Of a stretch of DNA of 64,000 nucleotides, positions 30,953 to 41,388 are shown one piece after another. The notes beneath the pieces are model-generated. The model was given only the letters and a program-made list of their open reading frames with translations, did not search any database and was not told where the DNA came from. The translations under genes were made by a program, and so were the position numbers. Origin of the DNA: an uncultured delta proteobacterium (GTDB lineage: Bacteria; Myxococcota; Myxococcia; Myxococcales; Myxococcaceae); contig CAVQKE010000001.1 of the NCBI GenBank assembly GCA_963713045.1, positions 576,001-640,000 of the forward strand. Reading direction: 5' to 3'. Each line of letters begins with the position of its first letter. Position 1 is the stretch's first letter.

Positions 30953-31839
30953 TGGCCCGCGCGGCGCTGTGGACACTCGCTGTTTTCGCACTGGGGTGTG
31001 AGCCTCCGGTGGTTTCCCAAACCGAGTTGCTCACCACGCGCGTCCTGGCCATTCGTGCGGACCCGCCGGAATTGGTGGTCCCGCCCGACGGCGGGCTGCC
31101 TCCTCCGGTGCACTTCAGCGTGCTGTCTTTCGCACCGGCCGGCGCTGTGCCTTCGGTGACACTGGCCCTGTGCGTGGCAGGTGACCCCTATGGCCCCGAC
31201 AGCGGGTGCCCCGGCCCCAACGGCATTCCGCTGCCAGGCGACACCTTGGACGTCGCCAACCCGGAGATTGAGGCCCTCCTCCTCGCCCTGGACGGCGGAC
31301 TGCCGACAAGCGGACTGCCACCGACTGAGCCCGGCGTCTTCCAGGTGGCCATCGGCTATTTCGCGACGACGGGTGGCACCGCCCCCGGAGACAGCGAGGT
31401 CGGTGTCTACCGCTTGGGCGTGCGGTTTTCCGGAAGGCCCAACCACAACCCCCAGCTGCTGGCGGTGGGCGTCTCGGACGGTGGCAGCCCGCTGGCGGGC
31501 GCCGCGCTGCCTCAGGGACAGAATGTCACCCTCACCCCAGCCATTCCCGACGGAGGCCCGAACCCCGCCTGGCCCAGTGTTGGCATCGACGGCGGCGTTG
31601 AAACCTACCTCGGCATCGACGGTGGCACCTTTTACGAGACGCTCTTCTTCAGCTGGTACGCGACCGCCCCCACCGTCAATGACTTGTTTTCCAATGAGCC
31701 AACGCCGACGGACATGGCGGAGACGCCGTCCAGTCAATTCAATGGGACTTCCGTCGGGCCGGTGACGTTTTACGTCGTGCTGCGCGATGGCCGTGGCGGG
31801 ACGGACTGGATGGTGCTGGATGCTGGCGTCGTCCCGTAA
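30952..31839 (+). CDS. Putative lipoprotein partner of the TonB-dependent receptor
   Basis: TGATG overlap, lipobox FALG-C, RVLAIRADPPE N-terminus, VVLRDGRGGTDW C-terminus and several DGG motifs. Confidence 0.75.
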   Translation: MARAALWTLAVFALGCEPPVVSQTELLTTRVLAIRADPPELVVPPDGGLPPPVHFSVLSFAPAGAVPSVTLALCVAGDPYGPDSGCPGPNGIPLPGDTLDVANPEIEALLLALDGGLPTSGLPPTEPGVFQVAIGYFATTGGTAPGDSEVGVYRLGVRFSGRPNHNPQLLAVGVSDGGSPLAGAALPQGQNVTLTPAIPDGGPNPAWPSVGIDGGVETYLGIDGGTFYETLFFSWYATAPTVNDLFSNEPTPTDMAETPSSQFNGTSVGPVTFYVVLRDGRGGTDWMVLDAGVVP

Positions 31840-31848
31840 GGCCTCCAG

Positions 31849-33045
31849 TCAGACCCCGGCTGACGACTGCTGCGGCGGGAGCAGCCGGGCCAGCGTCGCG
31901 GCCAGCCGCTGCACGCCGGTGGCGAAGCGGGCCTCCTCGGGGAGGAGGGAAAGCACCAGGAAGCGGCCGCGGGGAAAGTCATAAAAGTGGCCAGGCTGCA
32001 CATGGACGCCCGCCTCAAGCAGCTCCAAGGCGAGTGCTGTCTCATCCGTCGACTGCGGAAGGCGCAGCACCGCGGACCAGCCACCTTCCGCAGCCAGGAC
32101 ATTCCACGGGGCATCCGCCGGACGGGCGGCCACCAGTACCCGACGGTTGTCTTCCAGCCGGACGGCCACCCGGTGACGCCATGCGGGCCCCAGCGCAAGC
32201 AGACGCGGCAGGGCGTACTGCGTCGGTTCAGCCACCGACAGCAAGCTGTCCGCCAGCACTTCCAGCCTGGCCAGCGCCTCGTCCCGCAAGGGGGAGGCCC
32301 CAGTCACCGCAGTCCAGGCGCATTTCAACTGCGGCAAGCCAACGGACTTGGACAGCCCTTCCAAGCTGAAGGTGAGGGCCTCTCCGTCCAGGGCCGCCGC
32401 GGTGGAGGGGGCGCGGCCGCTGCGCACGAAATGGCCAAACACCTCGTCCACCACCAGGGCCCAATCGCTCGAGGCGCACAGCGAGTCCAGCGCCAACTGG
32501 GAGTCGGGCGTCAGCACTTGGCCGGTGGGGTTGGCTGGGCTGACCACCAGCACCCCGCGGGTGTTCTCATCGGCCAGGGCCTCCAGCGTCTCGGTATCGA
32601 AGCCAAAGCCCACTTCCAACTCCAGCGGGTAGCCGCGGAGCTCGACCGCCGCCGCGTCCGCCAGGAAGGACAGCAGCGGGTAGCCAGGCATCGGGATGAG
32701 GAGGTTGTCGCCTGGGTCGCACAGCAGAGCAAATAGGAGCGCGTAGGCCTCGCTGGTCCCAGCGGTGAGAAGCATCTGGCTGGCCGAGAGGTGTGCGCCC
32801 CGCGACGCCAGCTCGGCTGCCACTGCCTCTCGAGCCAATGGCACCCCAAAGGGCTCGGGCGCATAGCGGTCCATCGCGGCAGCGGCCAGCGCCTCGCGGA
32901 CCTCCCGCTCCGGCTGGGCCAGCCCGACCTCGGTTGGGTTGGAGACGGTGAGGTCGACCACGTCCACGCCCCGGGCGCGCAGCATCTCGCGCCGCATGGC
33001 AAGAAGATTCGGCGTCCGGTCCCAGGCGGTGCGCGCGGAAAACAT
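31849..33045 (-). CDS. PLP-dependent aminotransferase class I/II
   Basis: DLTVSNPT, TAGTSEAY, VSPANPTG, VVDEVF and GLSKS (PLP lysine). Confidence 0.9.
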   Translation of the reverse strand: MFSARTAWDRTPNLLAMRREMLRARGVDVVDLTVSNPTEVGLAQPEREVREALAAAAMDRYAPEPFGVPLAREAVAAELASRGAHLSASQMLLTAGTSEAYALLFALLCDPGDNLLIPMPGYPLLSFLADAAAVELRGYPLELEVGFGFDTETLEALADENTRGVLVVSPANPTGQVLTPDSQLALDSLCASSDWALVVDEVFGHFVRSGRAPSTAAALDGEALTFSLEGLSKSVGLPQLKCAWTAVTGASPLRDEALARLEVLADSLLSVAEPTQYALPRLLALGPAWRHRVAVRLEDNRRVLVAARPADAPWNVLAAEGGWSAVLRLPQSTDETALALELLEAGVHVQPGHFYDFPRGRFLVLSLLPEEARFATGVQRLAATLARLLPPQQSSAGV

Positions 33046-33101
33046 TCCCGCCCCTACGCTAGCGCCTGCGGCGGCCGGACGGTTGTGCAACGCTCTGTGG
33101 C

Positions 33102-33686
33102 GTGGTCGAGCCCGAACGCCTTCGCTGCCCCTGGCCGGGCCAGGACCCCCTCTACCTGGCCTACCATGACACCGAGTGGGGAGTGCCGGAGTGGGATGAC
33201 CGGGCCCTCTTCGAAAAGCTATTGCTTGACGGGTTTCAGGCCGGCCTGTCGTGGATTACCATCCTCCGCAAACGGGAAAACTTTCGAAGGGCCTTCGAAG
33301 GTTTCCACCCCGAACGCATCGCCCGCTGGGGACCGCCGCGCATTGAGGCGCTGATGGCCAATCCGGGCATCGTCCGCAACCGGGCCAAGCTCGAGGGAAG
33401 CGTCCGCAACGCGCGCAGCTACCTGGACCTTCAACAGCGACAGGGCAGCTTCGCCCGTTTCCTGTGGAGTTTTGTCGGTGGCGAGCCGAAGGTGAACCAC
33501 CGCCGGTCGATGCGACAGCTCCCCGCTGAGACTCCTCACAGTCGCGCCATGTCGCGGGCGCTGCGCCAGGCGGGCTTCACCTTCGTCGGGCCGACCATCT
33601 GCTACGCCTTCATGCAGGCCACCGGCATGGTGGATGACCATTGGGTGCACTGCTTTCGCCACAGCGACCAACTCGGCGGTTACTAG
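33102..33686 (+). CDS. tag: DNA-3-methyladenine glycosylase I
   Basis: RCPW, YHDTEWGVP, FQAGLSWITILRKR, FVGPTICYAFMQA and DHWVHC motifs. Confidence 0.95.
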   Translation: MVEPERLRCPWPGQDPLYLAYHDTEWGVPEWDDRALFEKLLLDGFQAGLSWITILRKRENFRRAFEGFHPERIARWGPPRIEALMANPGIVRNRAKLEGSVRNARSYLDLQQRQGSFARFLWSFVGGEPKVNHRRSMRQLPAETPHSRAMSRALRQAGFTFVGPTICYAFMQATGMVDDHWVHCFRHSDQLGGY

Positions 33687-33696
33687 CGAGCGGCCC

Positions 33697-34101
33697 TCAC
33701 GGCAATTGGGTCAGTCCGCGCAGCAAAAGCACGGTCATCAACAGCCCAACCAGCGCGGCACCGGTGCCAAGCGCATACACCAGGGCGCCGCTGGGCGCCG
33801 CTGCGTCGCCTCGCTCGATGGCGTGCCGAATGCGGCCGTAGCGAAAGACGGCCGCCAAGTTGGTCAGCATCCCCAGCGCGACGAGGAGGGTACCCACCCA
33901 CCCGGAGCCGAGACTTTGGAGGGCGTTCCGAGTGACGGCTCCAGTCGATACCAGTTCTCGGAGAAAGAGGCCAAATCGGGCGATGGCGAAGCCAAAACCC
34001 ATGAGCGCGATGCCGGTGCGAATCCAGGCAAGCATCGTGCGCTCGTTCGCTTGATGCAGCGAAATGAGCGACATCTGGGCGGTCGTTGCAGTGGGTGCCA
34101 T
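33697..34101 (-). CDS. YidH/DUF202 family membrane protein
   Basis: ANERTMLAWIRTGIALMGFGF motif and three TM helices. Confidence 0.88.
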   Translation of the reverse strand: MAPTATTAQMSLISLHQANERTMLAWIRTGIALMGFGFAIARFGLFLRELVSTGAVTRNALQSLGSGWVGTLLVALGMLTNLAAVFRYGRIRHAIERGDAAAPSGALVYALGTGAALVGLLMTVLLLRGLTQLP

Positions 34102-34191
34102 GCCAGATGCTGCAAGACCCGGGAGCGCCGCAGAAGTCAAGGACAAGAAAGTGCTTGGCCCGGGCGCAACCGGCGCCCCCAGCGGCTGGCG

Positions 34192-34470
34192 CTAGAAGCC
34201 GGTCCGCAGCATGGTTTGGACGACGCGGCGGATGAGTTCCCGGCGGATTTCCCTGCGGCAGTAGTCCACGGCTGGCAGGGGTGGCTTGGGCAAATGGCTG
34301 GGGCGATTGCGCGCGGCGGTGCGCACCACCATGTCGACCTTGGACTGTTCAATGTGAAAGAGCCGCTGTCCGTCTTTCCTGAGGAAGTAGGAGAGGCCGC
34401 GGGCGTCGAGTAGCTTGAAGAAGAACCGCCTGGCGTCGGTGACGAGCGTGAGGTCGATGACGTCTGCCAT
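34192..34470 (-). CDS. Small hypothetical protein
   Basis: 92-aa ORF with ATG start, GC-rich third codon positions and protein-like composition. Confidence 0.65.
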   Translation of the reverse strand: MADVIDLTLVTDARRFFFKLLDARGLSYFLRKDGQRLFHIEQSKVDMVVRTAARNRPSHLPKPPLPAVDYCRREIRRELIRRVVQTMLRTGF

Positions 34471-34635
34471 GTGGCAATGTTTGTCGCGTGGATCTCACGA
34501 CGCGTCCAATTCCCGCTCGCGCTCCACACCATGTCGCGCGCTACACCCACATAGCGGCGGCACTTTCCGCGTGAAGAATAGTTGCGCCGGCGCCGGGCTG
34601 GTGTTCACCCTGAGGGCGGAGGGAGTCCCGGGCCG

Positions 34636-35309
34636 TCAGCCCACCAACGGGCGAAGCTGGCTTCGGAAGGCGGCCCGCCGAGCCGCCGGGTCCGCGATGA
34701 AGGGCAGTGGACCCAGCACCTCCACTGCGTCACGGCGTTCCAGCCACCGGGGGTTGTCGCGAATGCTGGCATCCCGCGCGGCTGAGGTGCGTACCAGCAC
34801 CACCGCCCGGACCGTGAGGCGGCGGGCGCGGAGCGCGAGCACAGACAGGCCGGTGTGGTTCAGGGTTCCGAGTCCGGCCCGTGCGACCAAGACGACGGGG
34901 AGCCGCGTCGCTGCAATCAAGTCGATGACTTGGTGTCGCCGGTCGAGCGGGACGAGGAGTCCCCTGCGCCCTCCATCACCAGGGCTCGGCCCTGGAAGGC
35001 CCGAAAGGCCTTCAACGTCTCCGCCCAGGAGGGATTGAGTCCCAGCCGCTCTGCGGCGATGCCCGGCGCCAGGGGGGCCCGGAAGCGGTGCAGCGAAATT
35101 TTGCTCAGCGCGTCCTCGCTCCGAGCGGCCGCGCGGAGCGCCAGTGCGTCCTCGGGCCGCTCCACATCAGCGCACCCGCTCTCGTAGGGCTTGAGGGCAC
35201 CGGGGGCCAGGCCGGCGTCGGCCATCAGAGACAGCAGCGCCGCGGCGACTTCCGTCTTTCCGATGCCGGTGTCCGTCCCGGTGACGAAGTAGCGCGGGAG
35301 CTCCCTCAT
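34636..35309 (-). CDS. bioD: Dethiobiotin synthase; -1 frameshift in a G-run at 34961-34964
   Basis: [18 protein letters not shown] and MEGAG; restoring one G gives EGAGGLLVPL and continues to LGTLNHT. ATGA overlap with bioA. Confidence 0.92.
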
Positions 35310-36659
35310 GCCTCCGTCACCTCGACGATGGCACGATGGACGGCATCCCCCAGCAGGCGCGCTTCTTCCTCGGTCAGGGAGAGCGGCGGCATCAGGACCA
35401 CCACCGCCCCGAGGGGACGCAGCAGCACCCCGTGCTTGCGCGCCGCGAGACAGACGCGGTGGCCGATGCGCGCCGAGGCCGGGTACATGGCCTTGGTACG
35501 GCTGTCCTGCACCAACTCGATGCCCACCATCGCCCCCCGCTGGCGGACCTCCCCGACGTGGGGCAATTCGGCCACCTGGGCAAGCTTCGGAGCAAGCGCC
35601 GCCAGCGTGACTTGAAGACGCTCCAGCACGTGCTCGGTTTCGAAGAGTCGGAGGCTGGCCAAGGCTGCAGCGCAGGCCAGCGGGTTTCCGGTGAAGGTGT
35701 GCCCGTGAAAGAAGGTGCGCTGCGAGGCCGCGTCTCCGAGGAAAGCCTCGTGCACCCACTCGGTGGTCAGTGTGGCGGCGAGCGGCAAATAGCCACCACT
35801 CAAACCCTTGGCCAAGCACAGGAAGTCCGGACGCACCTGCTCCTGTTCCACGGCGAAGAGGGTGCCGGTGCGTCCGAAGCCAGTGGCCACCTCGTCGCAG
35901 ATGAGCAGCACCTGGTGCTTTCGACAAAGCTCCTCGAGGCGGCGAAGGAAGCCGGGGGGCTGGGTCAACATCCCGGCGGCGCCTTGCACCAGCGGCTCCA
36001 CCACCAGCGCAGCCAGCTGTTGGCCTTTCTCTTGGAAGAGCCGTTCGGCGGCAGCCAGGCAGGCCTGAGCGCAGTCGCCGGAGCCGGTCCACCGGTAGGC
36101 GTATGGGGTGGGGATGCGCTCGGCTTGAAACAGCAGCCCGCGGAAGGTGCCATGGAAGAGTTCCATCCCCCCCAAACTGACGCTGCCCACCGTGTCGCCG
36201 TGGTAGGCCTCCTGCAGTGCCACGAAGCGGGCCTTCTCCGGCCGGCCTCGCTGCCGCCAGCACTGGTAGGCCATCTTCAGCGCGACTTCCACCGCGGTGC
36301 TTCCGGAGTCCGAGAAGAAGACGCGACTGAGGCCCGCCGGAGCGAGGCGGACCAGCTCGGCGGCCAACTCGATGGAAGGGACCGAGGCCAGTCCCAACAG
36401 CGTGGTGTGCGCCACCCGAGCCAACTGGTCCGCGCACGGCGTCGTCCAATTCCCGCTTCCGGTGGCCGTGGACGTTGCACCAGAGCGAGGAGACCCCGTC
36501 CAGGTAGCGGCGCCCGAGGTCATCGAAGAGGTAGTTGCCCTCCGCCCGCTCGATGAGGAGGGGCTCGTCCTTGGCCCAGTCCTGCATTTGGGTAAAGGGG
36601 TGCCAGACGTGCGCCCGGTCCAACCGGACCAGCCGTTCATGCCGCGACGAGGAGTCCAT
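35306..36659 (-). CDS. bioA: Adenosylmethionine-8-amino-7-oxononanoate aminotransferase; +1 frameshift at 36430-36431
   Basis: VWHPFTQ and [13 protein letters not shown] in the 5' frame; [32 protein letters not shown] and HGHTFTGNP in the 3' frame. An extra G joins DDAVR to DQLAR. Confidence 0.93.
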
Positions 36660-37818
36660 GAGCCTTCAGTGCCTCGAGTCCGTCGAGCGCCTGTTGGAGA
36701 TGGGCCGGCGTGTGCGCGGCGGAGAGCGCAAACCGGAGCCGGCTGGTGCCGGGGGGAACGGTCGGTGGCCGGATGGGCTTCACCAACAGTCCTCGCTTCC
36801 GGAGAAACGCCGCCGCCGCCACCGCCCGCTCCGCGGAGCCGAGCAGCACCGGGAAAATGGCGGACACCGCCTGCACCGGGTGGCCGAGCGCCGACAGGCC
36901 TTCGGCGAACCGATGGATGTTGCGCCACAGTCGGGCGCGCAGCGCTGCGCCCTGTTCCACCAGGTCCACCGCCGCCTGCGCCGCCGCGCACGTCGCCGCG
37001 GGAAGCGCGGTGGAAAACACCAGGGAGCGCGCCCGATTCCTCAGCAACTCGGCCACCGCGGTGCTGGTCGCGGCGTAGGCGCCGAAGCAGCCGAGGGCCT
37101 TGCCCAGGGTGCCCATCCGCACGTCCACCGCGGCGCTGATACCGAGCGCCTCGCACAGGCCCGCTCCGCGGCGGCCGTGGACGCCGGTGGCGTGGGCCTC
37201 GTCGACCAGAAGCGCCGCGCCGGCGCGGCGGCAGACGTCCACCAGTTGGACCAGCGGCGCCACGTCTCCGTCCATGGAGAAGACGCTGTCCGTCACCACC
37301 AGCTTGCGGCGCGCCGGGGTACCGGCCAGAAGCGCGGCCAGTGCTTCGACGCCAAGGTGCGGGTAAACGCAGATCCGGGCACGGGCCAGCCGGCAGCCGT
37401 CCACCAAGCTCGCGTGGTTCAGCGCATCGGAGAAGACGGCGTCCTGGTTGCCCACCAACGCCGGTACCAGCCCGAGGTTGGCCGCGTAACCACCGTTGAA
37501 GAGGAGCACCGCTTCCGCCTCCTCGAAGCGCTGCAGTCGTTCCTCCAGTGCGTGATGGGCCAGGGTGTCGCCCACCACCAGGCGCGAAGCGCCGCTGCCC
37601 AATCCCCAGCGGCCCAGGGCAACCCGGGCGGCGGCCACCACCGCTGGGTGCGCTGCGAGGCCGAGGTAGTCGTTGGAGGAGAAATTGATGAATTCTTCGG
37701 TGCCTAGCCGCACCACCGGCCCCTGCGGGGAGGCGAGCGGTTCAAGCGAGCGCAACAGCCCGGTCGATGCCAAGCCGGCCAGCTCTTCTTCCGCCCAACC
37801 GCTGGCGACGCTGCTCAT
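36637..37818 (-). CDS. bioF: 8-amino-7-oxononanoate synthase
   Basis: [39 protein letters not shown] and IRPPTVP motifs. Confidence 0.95.
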   Translation of the reverse strand: MSSVASGWAEEELAGLASTGLLRSLEPLASPQGPVVRLGTEEFINFSSNDYLGLAAHPAVVAAARVALGRWGLGSGASRLVVGDTLAHHALEERLQRFEEAEAVLLFNGGYAANLGLVPALVGNQDAVFSDALNHASLVDGCRLARARICVYPHLGVEALAALLAGTPARRKLVVTDSVFSMDGDVAPLVQLVDVCRRAGAALLVDEAHATGVHGRRGAGLCEALGISAAVDVRMGTLGKALGCFGAYAATSTAVAELLRNRARSLVFSTALPAATCAAAQAAVDLVEQGAALRARLWRNIHRFAEGLSALGHPVQAVSAIFPVLLGSAERAVAAAAFLRKRGLLVKPIRPPTVPPGTSRLRFALSAAHTPAHLQQALDGLEALKAHGLLVAA

Positions 37819-38825
37819 CGCCCCGCGTTCGGCTCGAGCGGCTGGACCCCGGCCGAGGCGAGCAGTGCCATGTCCTCGGCGTACTCGGGGTTCCCGGTGG
37901 TGAGCAGCTTTTCGCCGAAGAAGAGCGAGTTGGCCCCAGCCATCATGCACAGTAGCTGCGCCTCGCGGCTCATCGACAGCCGTCCGGCCGACAGTCGCAC
38001 CATCGCCAGCGGCATGAGAAGCCGGGCGGTGGCAATGGCGCGGACCATCTCCACCGGCTCCACCGGCCGCTGGTGTTCCAGTGGGGTCCCCGGCACGGCC
38101 ACCAGGGCGTTGATGGGCACCGACTCCGGGTGGGTGGGCTGGTTGGCCAAGGTAAGGAGCAGCTCGCACCGGTCGTCCACGGACTCACCCATTCCAAGAA
38201 TGCCGCCGGAACAGACGTTGATGCCTGCGGCGCGCACGTGGCGCAGCGTCTGCAGGCGGTCCTGGTAGGTTCGCGTGGAAATAATCTCTTTGTAGAAGTC
38301 GGCCGAGGTGTCCAGGTTGTGGTTGTAGGCGGTGAGGCCAGCTTCGGCGAGGCGCTGGGCCTGGGACTGGCTCAGCATCCCCAGAGTGCAGCAAGCCTCC
38401 ATCCCCAGCGCGCGCACGCCCCGCACCATGCCCAGCACCTGCTCGAATTGCGGGCCGTCCTTCACCTCTCGCCAGGCCGCGCCCATGCAAAAGCGTGTCG
38501 CTCCGGCGGCGCGCGCGACAGAGGCGGCTTCGAGGACGTCCGACTCGGACAGCAACTTCTCCGCGGCGACGCCGGTGTGGTAGCGGGCAGCCTGCGGGCA
38601 ATAGGCGCAGTCCTCCGGACAGCCGCCGGTTTTGATGGACAGCAAGGAACAGAGTTGAACCCGGTGCTCTCCGAAGACGGCCCGGTGCAGCGTCTGTGCA
38701 CGGTAGAGGAGTTCGAGCAGCGGGAGGTCGTGCAGCGCACGGACTTCGGCCAGCGTCCAGTCGTGCCGGAGCCGGACGTCGTCCGGCGACGGGCTGGGGG
38801 AGGAAGCAGGCGCGGGAAGGGACAC
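37815..38825 (-). CDS. bioB: Biotin synthase (radical SAM)
   Basis: [14 protein letters not shown] (CxxxCxxC), [24 protein letters not shown] and RLSAGR motifs. Confidence 0.97.
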   Translation of the reverse strand: MSLPAPASSPSPSPDDVRLRHDWTLAEVRALHDLPLLELLYRAQTLHRAVFGEHRVQLCSLLSIKTGGCPEDCAYCPQAARYHTGVAAEKLLSESDVLEAASVARAAGATRFCMGAAWREVKDGPQFEQVLGMVRGVRALGMEACCTLGMLSQSQAQRLAEAGLTAYNHNLDTSADFYKEIISTRTYQDRLQTLRHVRAAGINVCSGGILGMGESVDDRCELLLTLANQPTHPESVPINALVAVPGTPLEHQRPVEPVEMVRAIATARLLMPLAMVRLSAGRLSMSREAQLLCMMAGANSLFFGEKLLTTGNPEYAEDMALLASAGVQPLEPNAGR

Positions 38826-38885
38826 GGGGAGTCGGGGGACCTTTCTGACTTGCCAGTTTGGGACGCTCGACCAGCGGCCCCTGGC

Positions 38886-38917
38886 TTGTCAACCTCTCGT
38901 CACAAGGCGGTTGACGA
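38886..38917. promoter_or_regulatory. Putative BirA biotin operator
   Basis: TTGTCAACC-N14-GGTTGACGA inverted repeat (8/9 match) about 60 bp upstream of bioB, matching the architecture of BirA boxes. Confidence 0.8.
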
Positions 38918-38965
38918 GCGGGCTGGCAGGCCATCAACGCCAGGACAGGCCTCCAGCACGGCGCC

Positions 38966-39457
38966 TCACTCGCAGTGCAGTTTGGTGCGGGCGTTCAGCT
39001 CACGGCCCCAACCGAGGCAGGTGCGAACGCCGGACTGACTGCCCTGGAATTGACGGCAGGGCTTCACCCGGTAGCGGAGCAGCGTGGGTCGCCCGCTTGC
39101 CCCTTCGACGTCGACTGCCGGCGGACTGCCCTCGTGGTCCGCCCGGACGAAGGCGCCTCCATCCGCAGGGAAGGCGCCGGTGAAGCTCCAGCCCTGGCCG
39201 CCGGTACGTCCGCGAAACGCCCAGCCCGCATCAAGACGTTGCACCGTCTCAAACTGGGGGTCCGTGGGCCAAGGAAATTCCTGCCAGCTGTAGCGGTTTT
39301 CCGGGTCGAGCGTGCCGTCCTCGTGCAGCGCAACCATGGGCATCGAGGTGATGCCGATGCTTGTTCCGTCGAAGATGCAGAGGCGAGGGCCGCGCTGACA
39401 TGCGCCGGCGAGCGCCAGCGCGAGCATCAACGTGACCAGCCGAAACGAAGAAGGCAC
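38966..39457 (-). CDS. Putative lipoprotein, hypothetical
   Basis: GTG start with signal peptide and lipobox LALAGA-C. Confidence 0.55.
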   Translation of the reverse strand: MPSSFRLVTLMLALALAGACQRGPRLCIFDGTSIGITSMPMVALHEDGTLDPENRYSWQEFPWPTDPQFETVQRLDAGWAFRGRTGGQGWSFTGAFPADGGAFVRADHEGSPPAVDVEGASGRPTLLRYRVKPCRQFQGSQSGVRTCLGWGRELNARTKLHCE

Positions 39458-39706
39458 AGGGTGCGGAGGGTACTTGAGAAGAGCCGCCCCGGGGACGCCG
39501 CCCTGGGGGCCCGCCCGCCGGCGGACGCTACCGACGGCTGGCGCGGTGAGGCGGCAACTGTCCGGTGTTTCGACAGGCCGTCCAAGCGACCCTCCCGAGT
39601 CCAGCTGCTGTCGTCTCCTCAGCTCGAGCCCTCCATCCTGACGTTCCTTGCAGGGAGCCTCGGCTAAGCTCCAAGGCGCGTCCCCCCCTCCCGTCAGGAC
39701 ATCGGC

Positions 39707-41320
39707 ATGTCGCTGCTTGGCCTTCCCTGGTGGACGTCGGTGGCCCTTCTCGGGCAACTGGCGACACCTGCGCCTCCCCCACTGCTGGACAACCTGGGCA
39801 CCTACCATCGGCCCATCTCTTCGCCTTCGCAGCAAGCGCAGGCGTATTTTGACCAGGGCCTCCGGCTTCTCTACGCCTTCAACCACGAGGCGGCCCAAGC
39901 GGCGTTTGAGGAGGCAGCCCGTCGCGACCCTGGCTGCGCCATCTGTTTTTGGGGAGCCGCCTTAAGCCTCGGGCCCAACATCAACCTTCCCGCCCTTCCT
40001 GAGCGTGCCGAGGCCGCCTGGACACTTCTTCAGAAGGCTGTGGCGCTCGCCCCGACAGCCAGTCCGGTGGAGCGTGCGCTGGTGGAAGCGCTCGCGCACC
40101 GTTACGCCCATCCGGCCCCCACCGACGCCCAAGCCCAGCATGCACTGGATGCGGCTTATGCCCGGGCCATGCGCCTCGTCGCACAGCGCTTCCCGAAGGA
40201 CCCTGAGGTGCGCACCCTCTTCGCCGAAGCGATGATGGACTTGCGGCCGTGGGACCTCTGGAACGCCGAGGGCAAGCCGCAGCCGGGCACGTTGGAATTG
40301 CTTGCCAGTCTGGAAGGCGTCCTCCGGGATTACCCAGACCATCCCGGCGCAAACCACTACTTCATCCATGCGGTCGAAGCCTCCCCCCATCCCGAGCGCG
40401 GGCTCGCGTCGGCCGAGCGGCTGAAGACGCTCGAGCCGGGGGCCGGCCACCTGGTGCACATGCCCAGCCACATCTACATCCGCACCGGCCGGTACGAGGA
40501 GAGCTCGGAGGCCAACCGGCGGGCCATCGCCGCGGACGCGGCCGCACCTGCGCCCGCCCCCATCTACACCATGTACGTCGCCCACAACTTCCATTTCCTG
40601 TGGGCGTCGACCTTGATGGAGGGCCGCAGCGCAGAATCCCTCCAGGCGGCGCGCGACATGCTGCGACGCCTTCCGCTGCAAATGCTGAAGGAGATGGGGG
40701 GATTCGACTTCGCGCTCGCCCTCCCGGTGGTGGGCCTGGCGCGCTTCGGCCGCTGGAAGGAGATTCTGGAAGAGCCGATGCCCGACGCGGATTTTCCAAT
40801 TGCACAGGCGTTGTGGCATGGCGAGCGCGGCCTCGCCTTGGTGCGAACCGGGGACCTCGACAGCGCTGGCAAGGAGCTCGCCGCGCTCGACGCCATCCAT
40901 CGCCAAACACCGGCCGAGGCCAGAGTTGTCGAGAATTCCGCGCGCGACGTGCTTGCCATCGCTTCGGACGTCCTCGGCGCAGAGCTGGCCCTGGCCAAGG
41001 GCAACCTTCCGTCGGCGCTCCAGCACTTCAATCGGGCGGTGGCCGGTGAAGATGCGCTCCGCTACGACGAGCCCCCCGACTGGGGCTACCCTGTCCGGCA
41101 CCAACTGGGCGCAGCCCTTCTTTCCGCCGGCCGCCCGAAGGAGGCCGAAGCGGTGTACCGCGCAGACCTACAACGCCACCCGCGCAACGGCTGGGCCCTG
41201 TACGGGCTGGCGCAGAGTCTCGAGGCACAGGGGAAAACGCAGGCCGCGGCCGCAGCGCGCCATGACTTTGACGATGCTTGGAAGCGGGCCGACGTCCAAC
41301 TCCACGCGTCGGCCTTCTAG
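39707..41320 (+). CDS. Secreted TPR-rich protein
   Basis: Signal-like N-terminus, AQAYFDQGLRLLYAFNH, HPGANHYFIHAVE, GHLVHMPSHIY and C-terminal TPRs (PRNGWALYGL). Confidence 0.8.
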   Translation: MSLLGLPWWTSVALLGQLATPAPPPLLDNLGTYHRPISSPSQQAQAYFDQGLRLLYAFNHEAAQAAFEEAARRDPGCAICFWGAALSLGPNINLPALPERAEAAWTLLQKAVALAPTASPVERALVEALAHRYAHPAPTDAQAQHALDAAYARAMRLVAQRFPKDPEVRTLFAEAMMDLRPWDLWNAEGKPQPGTLELLASLEGVLRDYPDHPGANHYFIHAVEASPHPERGLASAERLKTLEPGAGHLVHMPSHIYIRTGRYEESSEANRRAIAADAAAPAPAPIYTMYVAHNFHFLWASTLMEGRSAESLQAARDMLRRLPLQMLKEMGGFDFALALPVVGLARFGRWKEILEEPMPDADFPIAQALWHGERGLALVRTGDLDSAGKELAALDAIHRQTPAEARVVENSARDVLAIASDVLGAELALAKGNLPSALQHFNRAVAGEDALRYDEPPDWGYPVRHQLGAALLSAGRPKEAEAVYRADLQRHPRNGWALYGLAQSLEAQGKTQAAAAARHDFDDAWKRADVQLHASAF

Positions 41321-41388
41321 GACTTAGACAGGCCACCCGTCCGGGCCCGGCGCCGTTCCGTCAGGGGCGCCCGCTAGGAGAGTGGGCG

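Noticed and set aside
34917..36659. Apparent BioA-BioD fusion ORF (580 aa)
   Set aside because: Artefact of the bioA frameshift: the middle of that ORF is out-of-frame sequence, and bioA has its own stop overlapping the bioD ATG.
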